Positions 47,461 through 59,317 are shown, counted from the first letter of the whole stretch. The stretch is 63,255 nucleotides of DNA, filler included, from Salisapilia sapeloensis CBS 127946 (GCA_023334545.1; 10 parts of 10 records of this genome joined end to end with filler, not necessarily neighbours in it), one strand, 5' to 3'. Program-made: numbers and translations. The notes: generated by a model not told the origin, from the sequence alone.

Positions 47461-48895
47461 AGCAGGGAATCCGTTGAGGAGAATGTCTCCCTTGATAGTA
47501 CCTCCTGTCTTTCTTCCAGCAATGACATCCATCAACGTCGTCTTACCAGCTCCAGAGGATCCCATGAGCGCCGTCATGGATCCAGGAGCTGCGTAACCAG
47601 TAATTCCCTTAAGAAGATCGATAGATCCAGACTTCTTCGGATCCGGGACACTGTACCAAAGGTCTTTGAATGCCACCGTAACCGGCGTGAACATCTTTTC
47701 ATGCTTGTGTGCGACCGGAACAGCATGTCCATTGGCTTCGAGGTCTGGAGCACCATTTCGAGGCGTCTTCGCCAATGTGTAATCGTCGCCAAGATGCTCC
47801 ACGGAGGAAGACTCGCTGTCCGATTCATCCTTTTTAGATTTCGGTGGAGCGACCGAGATGTTCAATGGCTTCTCATGACGGTAGTTTTCCAAAACCAGGT
47901 ACGCGAGGAAGGAGAAGAAGACATAGCATGCTGCCATGTAGATGACACCAAGCCACACCCAGTTCTTGTTCGACGGAATGCTGTACAGACTCAGCGAGTA
48001 CTCGCCCATCGTCATGCCATCATGCTCATCACAGTAGTTCACGTTCTCAACTTCGCAGACGTCGTACTCATCGCTGCGGTACTGGCTGACCATGATACTA
48101 CGCAGCGTCCAGGAGATCGGGTCAATCCAATAGATCCACACGAGCCAATCGGCAAGCTGAGATCGAGGAACGATGAAGCCGGAGAAGAGAACGAAAAGCT
48201 CGACGGTGAACATAGAGAATGGTTTCGCCTCATGCAACGTTCGTACGACGGATGACAGCAGCAAGAAGAAGGACAGGAAGATGAGCATACCGAGCATGAG
48301 GAAGACTTCGAAGATGAAGAATTGTGCCGCAGTTGGAATCAATCCCACCATCCAGTAGACGATCACGACGAAGACGATACTCTCGGCAAAAGCTAAAGGT
48401 ATCACACTCAAGGATGTCGAGATCACGTACGATGATGTGCGGTAGAAGTTGGCGGCTCGATGCTTGTAGAACACGTTTCGACTAGTGTACAGCACAGGGG
48501 TCATGGAAGCCTGTCCGATACCGAGGAACATGGCCATAGCGAACACGACTCCTAGAACAACTTGCGTGTCTTCCATGTTCACATTGTAGAACACACTGCC
48601 GTATATCAACGCCATGATGATGACGAAGATACTACGACTGCGGATGAATGGCTTGTTGCGCATGAGCACGAGCATCTGACGCTTCATAACTGTCCATGTG
48701 CCAGGGAAGAAGCCTTGGTGGAACTCTGTCGTCGAGTCCATCTGCTCTTCACCGATACGAAGCAGGCTATCGTCTACAGGTTTCTGCAATTCCGACATCA
48801 TCGACTTGTAGATGGGCGAACCACGGAAGTACTCGGCGTAGACCGATGCGTCCTTCGGTGGAGTGGAAACCTCGGGCGACAGAGGCGTAATCTCG
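47461..48895 (-). CDS. ABCG/PDR transporter, internal fragment (TMD1 to NBD2 Walker A)
   Basis: FYKHRAANFYRTSSY, WIYWIDP..W, FTPVTVAFKDLWYSVP..LLKGITG..TALMGSSGAGKTTLMDVIAGRKTGG. Confidence 0.95.
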
Positions 48896-48995
48896 NNNNN
48901 NNNNNNNNNNNNNNNNNNNNNNNNNNNNNNNNNNNNNNNTTAATTAATTAANNNNNNNNNNNNNNNNNNNNNNNNNNNNNNNNNNNNNNNNNNNN
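48896..48995. other. Assembly gap/spacer
   Basis: 44 N + TTAATTAATTAA + 44 N. Confidence 0.99.
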
Positions 48996-49169
48996 GAATG
49001 CATCGCTAGGAAGAGTGCTGCCATCCAGACAAAGTCGGCCGATAGAAGGAAAAGCACCGTCGTGGTCAAATCCCGTTCCTAATGCACAAATAACCGAACT
49101 CCGTCCGAGAGGCTGAGCGCTTCAAAAATTGCGCTCCGAAGCCTCCAAGCCTAGCACAGGCATGCCAGC

Positions 49170-49676
49170 TTACATGAAGTAAGCGGCGACAGCGGCCGTG
49201 ACCGTGACGGCGGCACCGGCAGCGGACATCGAAGCAGCGCCGTCCGAGCCAGAAACAGAGCCAGACTCGCTGGACATGACGCTGCTGCCGCTGCTCATCG
49301 TAGAGTCCATGGAGCTGTCCATGCCAGAGCCGCCCATCATGTCAGAGCCGCCCATGCCAGAACCGCCCATCATATCAGAGCCGCCCGTCATACCAGAGCC
49401 GCCAGTGGCATCCATGTCGCCCGAGGTGGCGGGGCTGGCAGCGCCCGAAGCACCCGAAGCACCCGAGGCGGCAGGGCTCGCAGCACCAGAGGCACCCGAA
49501 GCGCCAGAAGCAGCGGCAGGGGTGGCAGCACCAGAGGCACCCGAAGCGCCAGAAGCAGCAGCAGGGGTGGCAGCACCCGAGGTGGCCGTAGCGTCAGCAC
49601 CGCCAGCACCTCCGGCAGCTTGACCGGCAGCGACAGCGAGGGAAGCAGCAAGAGCGACGAATCCAAAGACCTTCAT
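49170..49676 (-). CDS. Secreted Ser/Gly/Ala-rich mucin-like, probably GPI-anchored protein
   Basis: Signal peptide MKVFGFVALAASLAVAAG, AASGASGASGAA[TS]P and GGS[GD]M repeats, hydrophobic C-terminus after SDGAAS. Confidence 0.85.
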   Translation of the reverse strand: MKVFGFVALAASLAVAAGQAAGGAGGADATATSGAATPAAASGASGASGAATPAAASGASGASGAASPAASGASGASGAASPATSGDMDATGGSGMTGGSDMMGGSGMGGSDMMGGSGMDSSMDSTMSSGSSVMSSESGSVSGSDGAASMSAAGAAVTVTAAVAAYFM

Positions 49677-49690
49677 TGTTAAGAGTTGAC

Positions 49691-49710
49691 TGTTGTTGTT
49701 GTTGTTGTTG
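49691..49710. repeat. (GTT/AAC)n microsatellite just upstream of the secreted-protein ATG
   Basis: TGTTGTTGTTGTTGTTGTTG. Confidence 0.9.
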
Positions 49711-50430
49711 CGGAGGCGAGTTGCTGGCAAATTTGGGAATGAACTCTGAGGTGAGCTTGTACCAAGTTTGCAACCAGACGAGCGGCACGCAACCAAGAGC
49801 TGTGAGACATAAGGTTGTAGAAAGCTTTTACATGGGTTCGTGGAGTCGCAAACTTCCACTCAACTGGTGGTGGATTCTTAAAAAAGACACTCCCCTCTTC
49901 GCCAGTTTACATCCCAAACTTCACGGCAAATCGTACCGGCTTTATACAAACGTGAAGAGAAACAGCGCACTTGAATATTTGGCGCGCTGCTGCCTGTTGT
50001 AGCTCACGAAGCAGCTGTAGCTCGGTAAAGTCGCCGCCCTTCCATCTTCCTTCGACTCGTCACGAGCTGCCATACACAAGGGCCCATGGGATCAGGACCA
50101 GGATTCTTATCGCCAGAAACCTAGCGCTGCCTGCCGTGGACAGTATCTGTCATCCGCTAAACGCGGCAGAGACCCGTGTCTTTGTATGCGAGTCCAACGT
50201 ACGTGGACAGCAAAACAGATGGCAACAAGATCCGGATTTATTAACGTGTTGGTTCATCTACAGACTGGCGCCGGTATCGGAGACCGAGCCAATCGCGCGC
50301 CGACCTCACAGCCATAGTCGGTGTCGATAAAAACTGTACCTATCCGAGAAACCCGATCTAGAACAGGCGTTCGACGCCCAAGATACAGCGTCTCCTAGGT
50401 AGAACAGAAATTTCAAGAAGGGTATCCTAC

Positions 50431-50530
50431 NNNNNNNNNNNNNNNNNNNNNNNNNNNNNNNNNNNNNNNNNNNNTTAATTAATTAANNNNNNNNNNNNNN
50501 NNNNNNNNNNNNNNNNNNNNNNNNNNNNNN
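50431..50530. other. Assembly gap/spacer
   Basis: 44 N + TTAATTAATTAA + 44 N. Confidence 0.99.
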
Positions 50531-50572
50531 CATTATTCATTCCACCACCAACTACGTACACCTCCACTTCCA

Positions 50573-51361
50573 ATGGCAATCTCGGATTCCGTCTACAACC
50601 AGCTCGTCGACCAAGACGGATCGACCCAAGGGCCACGCGTGATCAAGATCGCGCCGAACTCGACCAAGGCCGGCGCGACGATCGTCGGGTCCAAGACCAA
50701 GTTCCAGAACTGGACCCAGGATGAGGTGCGTTGTGTATGGCTTCGAGCCACAGGCTCTTACTAACTTGTGCGCCCATGTATAGCATGAACGCTTCCTGGA
50801 GGCACTGGAGCGATACCCGAAAGGTCCGTGGAAGAGCATCGCGGACCACATCCAGACGAAGACTGCGCGACAGGCCATGGTAGGCAGCTACTGCTCGTCG
50901 CTCGTGTGACTATCGTTCTGACCCCAATGTAGACGCACGCCCAAAAGTACCGGCAAAAGATCCAACGACGACAGAGAGGACTGCAGCGCGTGGTAGAAAA
51001 GAAGGAACAGGAGCACCGGTCGTCGGACCTCGGACCTCGGGAAAAGCAAGAAGCTCTGGACGCCATCACCACGTCTCCGTACCAGGACAAGCTGTCAGTG
51101 CTCGCCCAGTCAGTGCCGACTCCAGTCGCAGCTCCAGCCGTGTCAACGCCATCCTTCCGGCATGAGGCTTGCTGGGGGCACACTGCCAGTCCCACTAGTG
51201 TGAGCAGGACGTGGGCGCCTTCACCCGTGCCGACGCTTCCATCCCGGAATCTACCATCGCTGGCCCAGATACTGCGTCTGGAGGGAACACGGGGACAGGA
51301 GTCCGTGTGCAGACAGGGCTACGAGTACCACGCCAACAGAGTCCACGTGCCCCATTATTAA
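50573..51361 (+). CDS. SHAQKYF-class single-repeat MYB transcription factor (copy 1); introns 50726-50783 and 50880-50932
   Basis: WTQDE|HERFLEALERYPKGPWKSIA..RQAM|THAQKYRQK. Confidence 0.9.
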
Positions 51362-52480
51362 TAACGCCGCAATGATCGGAGACGACGGCGGTGGACACTT
51401 CATCGCCTCGAACGGCCTCGAGCGATCCTCCACGACTAGAGACCTCGTAGAGAACATCTTATGCGAGCCGTACTATACAAAGGAATACAGCCCCTTACTT
51501 TACTTGATTCGTCTCGACTGTCTGCCACCTGTCTGTTGCTGACTGTATCCTTCTATCGCGCTGTATCAAAGTACACGTGAGTACTCGGCGAGGCTTCAAG
51601 CACATGGCTCGGTCGGCTGCACATCGTCTTCATTCTTTCCAGTCGCGCTTCCCGCGCTTTCCAGGGAATAACGGTGTAGAGTGGTATGTGGCGGATAAAT
51701 CAAGTGGAGAGAGCGTCGATGGAAACACACGGTCGTGGCGTGGCACCTGTTTGATTCTTAAAGACGAGGAGCTTCGACTATCGAGTGTAGTAAGCCCATC
51801 GAGTCTAGCTTCGATTAGCTACATCGACGAATGTAGCACCGCGGCTCTGGACACAGTCCCACACCCTGCCATCACTAAAATTTATCCTCGCGACGCACGT
51901 GAGCCGAATTATCCCGATCCTGTAGCTCCGTTCACCACCGTCGGCCGGTAAGCACTTGATACCCAGAATTTTCACCTGAACTGTCGGAATCCATTAGGCC
52001 TCTACCATGTGATGGAACTTGGATGGAGTGTGGCCGAGCGAGGTGTGTGGTCCGGGATCGTGACAGGACAACTCCTGATTACTGCTCTCCGAGCCACACA
52101 TCTACCTTGTACCCATGCTGCACGAGACAGGGCCACGGTCGGTAATTGCGAACGGAAGACTGCATGGTAGGACTTCGGACTTCGCGCCTTTGTCTGCCTC
52201 CGTTTGCTCGAGCCAGATCTACCAGTATACCCGGTATGACTGCATCTATATCCATCGGTCTGGGGTAGATGCCTCCGCAGCGCCAGAATTCCACATTCGC
52301 GCCGATTGTGGAAGGGCTGTCGGAACTATTGCAAGATTTACCGCAGCTGGCCCAGACATCGGATACTATCCAGGCCACATACTGAGGTGCTATCAAGTGG
52401 CCAGTTAGAATTTCGAAGGCAGTGGCCTCGGTCTCATTTTGAAACTCGCGCGATCGAGCCTACCTCCAACGAGCGACATA

Positions 52481-53190
52481 ATGATCACGAATACCGTCCA
52501 GGAACAGCTCTTTGGCGAGCACGGTGGTAAAAAGGACCGTCATGTCATTCGCGTTGACGCCGATGCCAATGATACGGACGCGAACCACACGCATGGACAG
52601 ACACCCTGCCGAATGAAAGAGGCCAAGCGGCGGAACTGGTGGACGGACGAGGAGCACGCTCGGTTCCTTGAAGGTCTCGAGATGTATCCGAGTGGTCCGT
52701 GGAAACTCATCGCTGCACACGTGGAGACCAAGAACGTCCGGCAGACCATGGTACGTTCATACTATTTCTCGTTGATGCGAACGACTCGCTTACTGATGTT
52801 TGTCATGTGCAGACGCACGCGCAAAAATATCGGGAGAAGATCAGCAGACGAAAGCGTGGACTGAAGCGGTCTCTGAAGAAGTCGCCTGCTGGCATCGAGA
52901 AGAAGAGCAGCCCGTCTGCGTCCGTGACTACGCTGGCCTCCGAATCGAGTGATCAGGACATCTCGGAGGGCGAATTGTGCAAGTTTCTGGACTCGACCAC
53001 AGCCCCCGAGTTCATCTCGGAGTTCCTTTTGGAGCCCATGGACCCTCTAGTCGAATACAAGAAGGCGGAGTGCACGTATCTCGAGAATGGCTCACCGTCT
53101 TTCGTGGACTACCATCTACCAATGACCTTTCCTATGATCGACCTGGGGCCGTTTGATTTCGCAGACAGCGACTTGAGCTATGTCGTCTAG
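52481..53190 (+). CDS. SHAQKYF-class MYB (copy 2); single intron 52751-52812
   Basis: WTDEEHARFLEGLEMYPSGPWKLIA..RQTM|THAQKYREK. Confidence 0.9.
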
Positions 53191-53270
53191 AAGGCGGGTG
53201 TGCGTGGGGTGGCGTCGAGGCGTCTAAAGTTTGCCGGACCCTCTGTGTATATGATAGAAGTAACAGAATG

Positions 53271-53405
53271 AAACGAATTGTTATGAATGAGATGGTCTGT
53301 TTCCTTTTTGAGCGTAGTAAGCACGTCCTGTGCACGTACGATAGGAGTGGTAAAACGAATTAGTAGGAATGAGATAGAGTTGTTTCCTCTTGGAGCGCAG
53401 TAGCG
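53271..53405. repeat. Imperfect direct repeat of about 52 bp between converging MYB genes
   Basis: AAACGAATT..GAATGAGAT..TGTTTCCT..GAGCG.AGTA at 53271-53322 and 53353-53405. Confidence 0.7.
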
Positions 53406-53923
53406 AAGGTCGGACTGCACAGCCACGTTCGTACGGACACTTGGAGATGTCCGTTGCGTGTCGGAGAAGGATCCCATCAGAAGCGCATTCATCATGCACT
53501 CTAGTACGATACACAATATACACTCTAAGCTATGCTCAACTTTCGGTCGCAGAGTCGGCATAAACTCCTGGCACCTACTTTATCCAGCATGACTTCTGCC
53601 TCGACAAGGAAGACAATAGCTGCTGGATATACTCGGCGTGACAGAGTAAGCTAGAGAACGGGTAGAAACGAAAGGAAACCGAGGGTGGGCCGAGATACAG
53701 TGCTTTTCTTTTTATACTTATGCTTATGTCTGCTACCATGCAGTGCATGCTGGCATGACCGTCGGTAGTGGCCATCCAGTAGTGCTCGAACAGAGAAGGT
53801 GCGCCCATGCAACGAGTCTTCCATACAGCTTTGCAGCTCATTTTATCACGAATAGAAGTCGTCATAGGTTTGTTGAAATCGTAAATACGCATTAGTTGGT
53901 GCCCTCGCAGTATCGGCGAGGTG

Positions 53924-54506
53924 TTAGAGTCGCCAGTCGTCCAAGAGCTCCATCTCGAGCTTATCCGGACCTAGGAACTCGTCACACTCCAGCTCTGATA
54001 CGAGGTCCGTTAGCATCAGAGCGACGTTCAATCCTCGCTGAAAGTCACTCTCCACCGCCTCCATCTGGGCTGTGGGAGCATCATTGATTTGAGCGAGAGA
54101 CGTCAGCGACCCACTTGACGAGGAGGAGGTTGCATTGGAAGGAGAAGAGCTTTCACTCTCCTTTTCGGACCGCTGTCGGCGAGCGATCTTCTCGCGGTAC
54201 TTTTGAGCATGCGTGATGGACTGCCGGACAGTTCGTGTGCCAATGTGGGCTGCAACCGCCTTCCAAGGTCCGGATGGATACATTTCGAGTGCCTCGAGGA
54301 ACCGCGCATGCTATTTAGACTTGTGAGCACTCTGAAGGAAGAAGAGATATCGTGAATAAAAGACCCACCTCGTCATCTGTCCACATGAGAGGACCAGATG
54401 CATGGTTCGCTGGTGATCGCGTGCTGCTGATGCGGATGACCGATCGTTGGCCTCCCTCGCTTTCCTCGGAAAACAATTGACTCTGTACTTGGTGTGAAAT
54501 GGGCAT
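53924..54506 (-). CDS. SHAQKYF-class MYB (copy 3); single intron 54311-54368
   Basis: WTDDE|HARFLEALEMYPSGPWKAVA..RQSITHAQKYREK. Confidence 0.9.
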
Positions 54507-56109
54507 GATCACTTTGGTTGCAATGAGGTGGCTGGTAGCGTTCTTAGCGTTCGTGTCGTCAGCGTTGCTGCTTGTTACTGGAGAAGTAGTGTTTACTCCT
54601 GATGGTAAATTTGGAAATGAGCCTACCTGAGCCCTGCATGCCAAGCATCAAGATATCGTGGTGTAGATGAAGATAGTATCCATGGGGCGTGTTGAACGAA
54701 GAACGATTCGATGCATGCAGGTTGTGTCTCAAAATTGAAGCAAGTTGGATACATTTTTTAAGAATAAGCTTACCTTTGAGTCCATCGTACGGCTGTGTTA
54801 ACGCTAGTTGCAGTGCCGTGCAGAATCCAGCGATCTGCGTTGACACTTAGCACGCTCCACGGAGAAATTGACGCGAGAGGGTATACATTCAGTTGTTCTC
54901 ATCCACAGAACAACACTCACACGCGCACTAAGCACCACATTCTCATGAGTCGGGTGACGGGCATGGGTTCGTCGGAAAGTATCTTTTCATTAAGATGTGC
55001 ATGCGAAGAGGCGGACCGGAGTCGCAATCGTGACAGATCACCCGTATCTATTTGACTGCACATAGCGAAATTGACACACGCATGTTTCGAGTGGCTAACG
55101 AGATACAAGTACGTTTCGAGTAGCCAATTGGACACCTGAAGGAAGGTCGTGATGTTAAGGTAGGTACATCCGATCTTTGTTGGTGGTTAGCGGGGAGCTA
55201 CTGGCGATGAGAACCAAAGGGTTTGGCATGCCATCCGATATGGCTGGGCAATACGAGGGCATGACGAGAAGCGCATACCCTCTTGTGGACCATAGCTCTC
55301 CGTCGCACGGCTAGGTCCGTTGATCCGTATATCACTTGATATGTACTCAGATTGAAGTGTCGTTTCAACTCACATTTATCTATGAAATTGGATATTTTGA
55401 AAAAAATGAAGGACACGTTTTGAAAAAGCGCGCAGTAGTGTATTGGACTCTTATGATCATTGTCCATCGGCGGCTTATAGCTACCGCGTGGTGAGATGAA
55501 CGTGCTTTGTGCACATATGCAATGACGAATTCCATAGGTTTTTATTGTTGCAAAGATAGATAAATATGAAGTTTCGTACGGATCCCACAGGTGCAAAATG
55601 TGTGGAGTGAACTTAGCACGACCATCAATGAAATGGTCTCATCCACAAATTGAGTACCCATGGAGGTCATCTTTGGCGAGGATCCAGGTCCTCGAAGGTT
55701 TTGGTAATGATCTGGATTTGCAAATTTTCTAAAGTGCATCGCCCAGAGCCAAATATTTATGGCGAAATCAAGTTTGGGAGAGCACAATCATCGCAGCATC
55801 TGATCTTTTCGATATTTGGTGACATTCAGCTGGAGAGTCGAAGCGAAAGAGTGGCACGTAGACCGGCCAGCTGTCATCGGACTCAGTTTGCATGGGTACT
55901 CGCGTTGACCGTTCAGTGGCAACTTTGAAAACGGAGAATGTGCTGGCTTAATGATTTCCGATTCGAGAATTGCTGGCCAAGTGAAGGATACGGGCAGATC
56001 GAGCATCGGGCTACAAGAGTGTACATTCGCGCACAGCACACTACAGTGCGCACTAACACTCCGAGCATCCATCGGAATGGTACGGTGCAGTTGCTCTAGT
56101 GAATGGTTA

Positions 56110-56209
56110 NNNNNNNNNNNNNNNNNNNNNNNNNNNNNNNNNNNNNNNNNNNNTTAATTAATTAANNNNNNNNNNNNNNNNNNNNNNNNNNNNNNNNNNN
56201 NNNNNNNNN
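56110..56209. other. Assembly gap/spacer
   Basis: 44 N + TTAATTAATTAA + 44 N. Confidence 0.99.
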
Positions 56210-57475
56210 CCGTCGAAAGAGGTCTTCCAGCTCTTCGATCGTCTTCTTCTTCTCAAGAGAGGAGGCGAGACAGCATACTTTGGTGATATTGGAGTGAATT
56301 CTTGTGAGCTTATCAAGTACTTTGAAGGATTCGAGGAGGTGCCAAGAATCCCTGAAGACTATAATCCCGCGACGTGGATGCTGGAAGTCATCGGAGCTGG
56401 TGTCGGTCGGTCAGAAGAAGAGCGAGCGTCAGCTGGCTCGAACATCGACTTTGTGTCTGCATTTAAAAATAGCGACAAGAAGGCTGAACTGGATGAGAAG
56501 AAGACCGTGCCTGGCATGTTCGTGCCTGCATCTCGAAATACTATCATCGAGTATTCAAGCACGCAAGCTGAAAGTGGTGCCCGACAGTTCAAAATGCTGC
56601 TTGGCCGTTTTTTCACTCTGTACTGGCGTACTCCGGACTACAACCTCACCCGACTCGTATTTTGCATTTTCGTTGGACTGCTATTCGGTCTAACGTTCCT
56701 TAACGCAGAGTTCGATACGTACCAGGATATCAATGGCGCCATGGGTATTCTCTTCCTAGCGACGTCGTTCATGGGAACAGTGTCCATGATCAGTATCATG
56801 GCCATCACCGATGAAGACCGAATGGCTTACTATCGTGAGCGCTCTTCTCAGACTTACAAGAGTCTTTGGTACTTCCTCGCGTTCTCTATCGTCGAAATCC
56901 CATATGTGCTCCTTGGTGCTCTCCTCTTCACTGCGATCATGTATCCCATGATTGGATTTCCAGGCTTCGTTCATGGCGTCTACTTCTGGCTCATCACAGC
57001 TTACAACCTCCTGACTTTCGCCTACTTTGGTCAGCTCTTCGTCTTCCTCTTACCTGCATTGGACACTGCCATTGTCCTGGGCATGCTGATTACCCAGATC
57101 TTCTTCATGACTACGGGCTTCAACCGGCCTGCGAGCTCTCTGCCTGCTGGATACGAATGGGTCCATGCCATCACTCCACAGAGGTATATCTTTGGCATGT
57201 ATGGAGCGCTGATCTTCGGTGATTGCTCAGATGAGGAGATGATCTTGGCAAACAAGAATGGTACCGACCCTCATGACTATCCATTAGGTTGTCGATTGAT
57301 GGAACAGGCTCCACAGGAGTTGGAAAATGCTTCGATCAAGACGTATGTGGACGAAGTGTTCGACTGCTCGTACGATGACATTCCGTTCTATTTGATCGTT
57401 TTCACGATTATGACGGTTGTGCTACGTCTGCTGGGAGCTCTAGCACTGCGCTTCGTCAATCACCAGAAGCGTTAG
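56210..57475 (+). CDS. ABCG/PDR transporter, C-terminal fragment (end of NBD2, TMD2)
   Basis: PSKEVFQLFDRLLLLKRGG, YNPATWMLEVIGAG, YWRTPDYNLTR, YYRERSSQTY, ends VNHQKR*. Confidence 0.95.
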   Translation, partial: PSKEVFQLFDRLLLLKRGGETAYFGDIGVNSCELIKYFEGFEEVPRIPEDYNPATWMLEVIGAGVGRSEEERASAGSNIDFVSAFKNSDKKAELDEKKTVPGMFVPASRNTIIEYSSTQAESGARQFKMLLGRFFTLYWRTPDYNLTRLVFCIFVGLLFGLTFLNAEFDTYQDINGAMGILFLATSFMGTVSMISIMAITDEDRMAYYRERSSQTYKSLWYFLAFSIVEIPYVLLGALLFTAIMYPMIGFPGFVHGVYFWLITAYNLLTFAYFGQLFVFLLPALDTAIVLGMLITQIFFMTTGFNRPASSLPAGYEWVHAITPQRYIFGMYGALIFGDCSDEEMILANKNGTDPHDYPLGCRLMEQAPQELENASIKTYVDEVFDCSYDDIPFYLIVFTIMTVVLRLLGALALRFVNHQKR

Positions 57476-57794
57476 CATGCAATTTCATTCAACAGTTTGA
57501 AGGATCATTTTCATGAGTAAGAGGCTAATCCAGTTAGGAATAATATGGATTTTGGTGTGATCAGTATTACTTGCTTACTAGTAGACCTTTTCATTTTTGA
57601 TGCAAAGTAAGGATACCCATCCGTCCAAAAGCGCTTAGGCACCCTAGCCTCAAGTACTCAGTGACGTGTCCGAGTTTCCACTCATCCCAGTCCTTTTTTG
57701 CCTTTGAAGCTTGAAGTCAAGTACCGACGTCGACTTGTTTGATCTTGCCTTTCGATACACTCAAAACTACGACACGGTAGCCCAAGCTCGTCGA

Positions 57795-57894
57795 NNNNNN
57801 NNNNNNNNNNNNNNNNNNNNNNNNNNNNNNNNNNNNNNTTAATTAATTAANNNNNNNNNNNNNNNNNNNNNNNNNNNNNNNNNNNNNNNNNNNN
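57795..57894. other. Assembly gap/spacer
   Basis: 44 N + TTAATTAATTAA + 44 N. Confidence 0.99.
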
Positions 57895-59050
57895 CAACAG
57901 CATCTCCCGTCGGTGTCGTAGCAGGCGTCGCATTTTCATCGCCGTCGGAAGAGACTGCGGAGGATTCCCCAGACATCGAGATGCCACTCGGATTCTCGAT
58001 CTCATCCACATCGTCCGCGACTTGATCGTCTACCGCGCTCTCGTCGTGCTCGTCTTCATGGCTCGGCGTGGAAGCGGGACCTTGGCCGTCAACCGGATTG
58101 TCTCCCGGAAGCCTGTTAACGACATCCACGTCTTCGTCGAACTCGGGCTCTACCGTGCAACGCTGCTCCGGTGGGGCGTCGCTGAAGCTCGGAGACAGCG
58201 GCGGACACTCGCCCGAGTCGAAGTAGTTTTTGTCGGCGCACTTGTCCACTGCGTCTTGCAGCACGTCGACGTCCCAGCCGTTGAGGAAGTCGCCGTGGAA
58301 GCTGTAGCCCGTGCGATCCCCGTTGGCCAGCACGAACGGATGGGACCCGTCGTCCTTCCACTCGTCGGCCCACTCGCCAACTCGGAAAAACGCCTCGTAG
58401 AAGAGCTTGACCACCTTCTTGTACCCGGCCGGACAAGGCCCTCCTTCCACCGTCTCCGAGTACGCCATGTGGGACTTGTGGTCGTCCGAGTCTTCGTCCA
58501 CGCCGTTCCAGCACATGGGGAAGTTGATCTGGCCACGCAGACCGTCCGGACACTTGACGTTCGGGATCTCGGACGCCTCCTTCACGGGGTTCTCGTAGTC
58601 GAGGCACTGCCATGTGACGGCCTTTTGCTCCGTCGAGTCTCCCGGTGACCGAAGGCTCGGGTCGCCGGCGACCATGCGGAGATTCTTCGGCAGACCCAGC
58701 ACTCGCTCCGTGTCGTTCATCGGGCGCTGCTGGTAGTACACGATCTGGTGACTGTCCACGAGACTGTAGCCGGAGCCGTTCTTATGCTCCACGTAGAGCT
58801 GCGGCACCCAGTACGCACTCAAGTCCGCGCCGATGGGACAGGACGTGCACGAGGATCGGCGCAGCTCGTCCGGCGTGGCGCTGCTGCTGAATCCGTTGCC
58901 GCCGCTGATCATGTGAACGTGACCGGAAATCTGGCCAAAGCTCACGATCGGGTCGGCGCGTTCGACGACGAGGTTGTTGAAGCAGTCGAAGCGGAACATG
59001 GCGTGTGTGGTAGCGGCGAGGAGAGAGAGGACCGTCACGAGAAGCTTCAT
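57895..59050 (-). CDS. Secreted DUF1996-domain protein, 3' truncated by gap
   Basis: Signal peptide, ERADPIV..HVH..GG, CTSC..DLSAYWVPQLY, GLRGQINFPMCWNG, HKSHMAY, GYSFHGDFLNGWD. Confidence 0.9.
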
Positions 59051-59076
59051 GGCTCTAGCAAAACTTGACGAATGAA

Positions 59077-59176
59077 NNNNNNNNNNNNNNNNNNNNNNNN
59101 NNNNNNNNNNNNNNNNNNNNTTAATTAATTAANNNNNNNNNNNNNNNNNNNNNNNNNNNNNNNNNNNNNNNNNNNN
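59077..59176. other. Assembly gap/spacer
   Basis: 44 N + TTAATTAATTAA + 44 N. Confidence 0.99.
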
Positions 59177-59317
59177 CGAGGAGGGGCAGGTCGCGGCAGA
59201 CGGCCGACACCCAAGGGTCCTCCGGCCGGCGGCAATTCTTTCCTCGACACCTTCATGAAGAACGGCACTAGCTCCATCCCGAAGCTCAAGTGACGGAGAT
59301 TACAAGTGATATAAAGA
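59177..59317 (+). repeat. Inverted repeat A, left copy (141 bp); contains putative CDS end ..RGGAGRGRRPTPKGPPAGGNSFLDTFMKNGTSSIPKLK* (stop 59291-59293)
   Basis: Exact reverse complement of 61263-61403; flush with contig start. Confidence 0.97.

Noticed and set aside
55200-55320. YGWAIRG peptide resembling an IS630/Tc1-type transposase motif
   Set aside because: A single short motif without the surrounding DDE signatures.
58022-58648. Long ORFs in alternative frames of the DUF1996 gene
   Set aside because: High GC suppresses stop codons; no evidence of dual coding.
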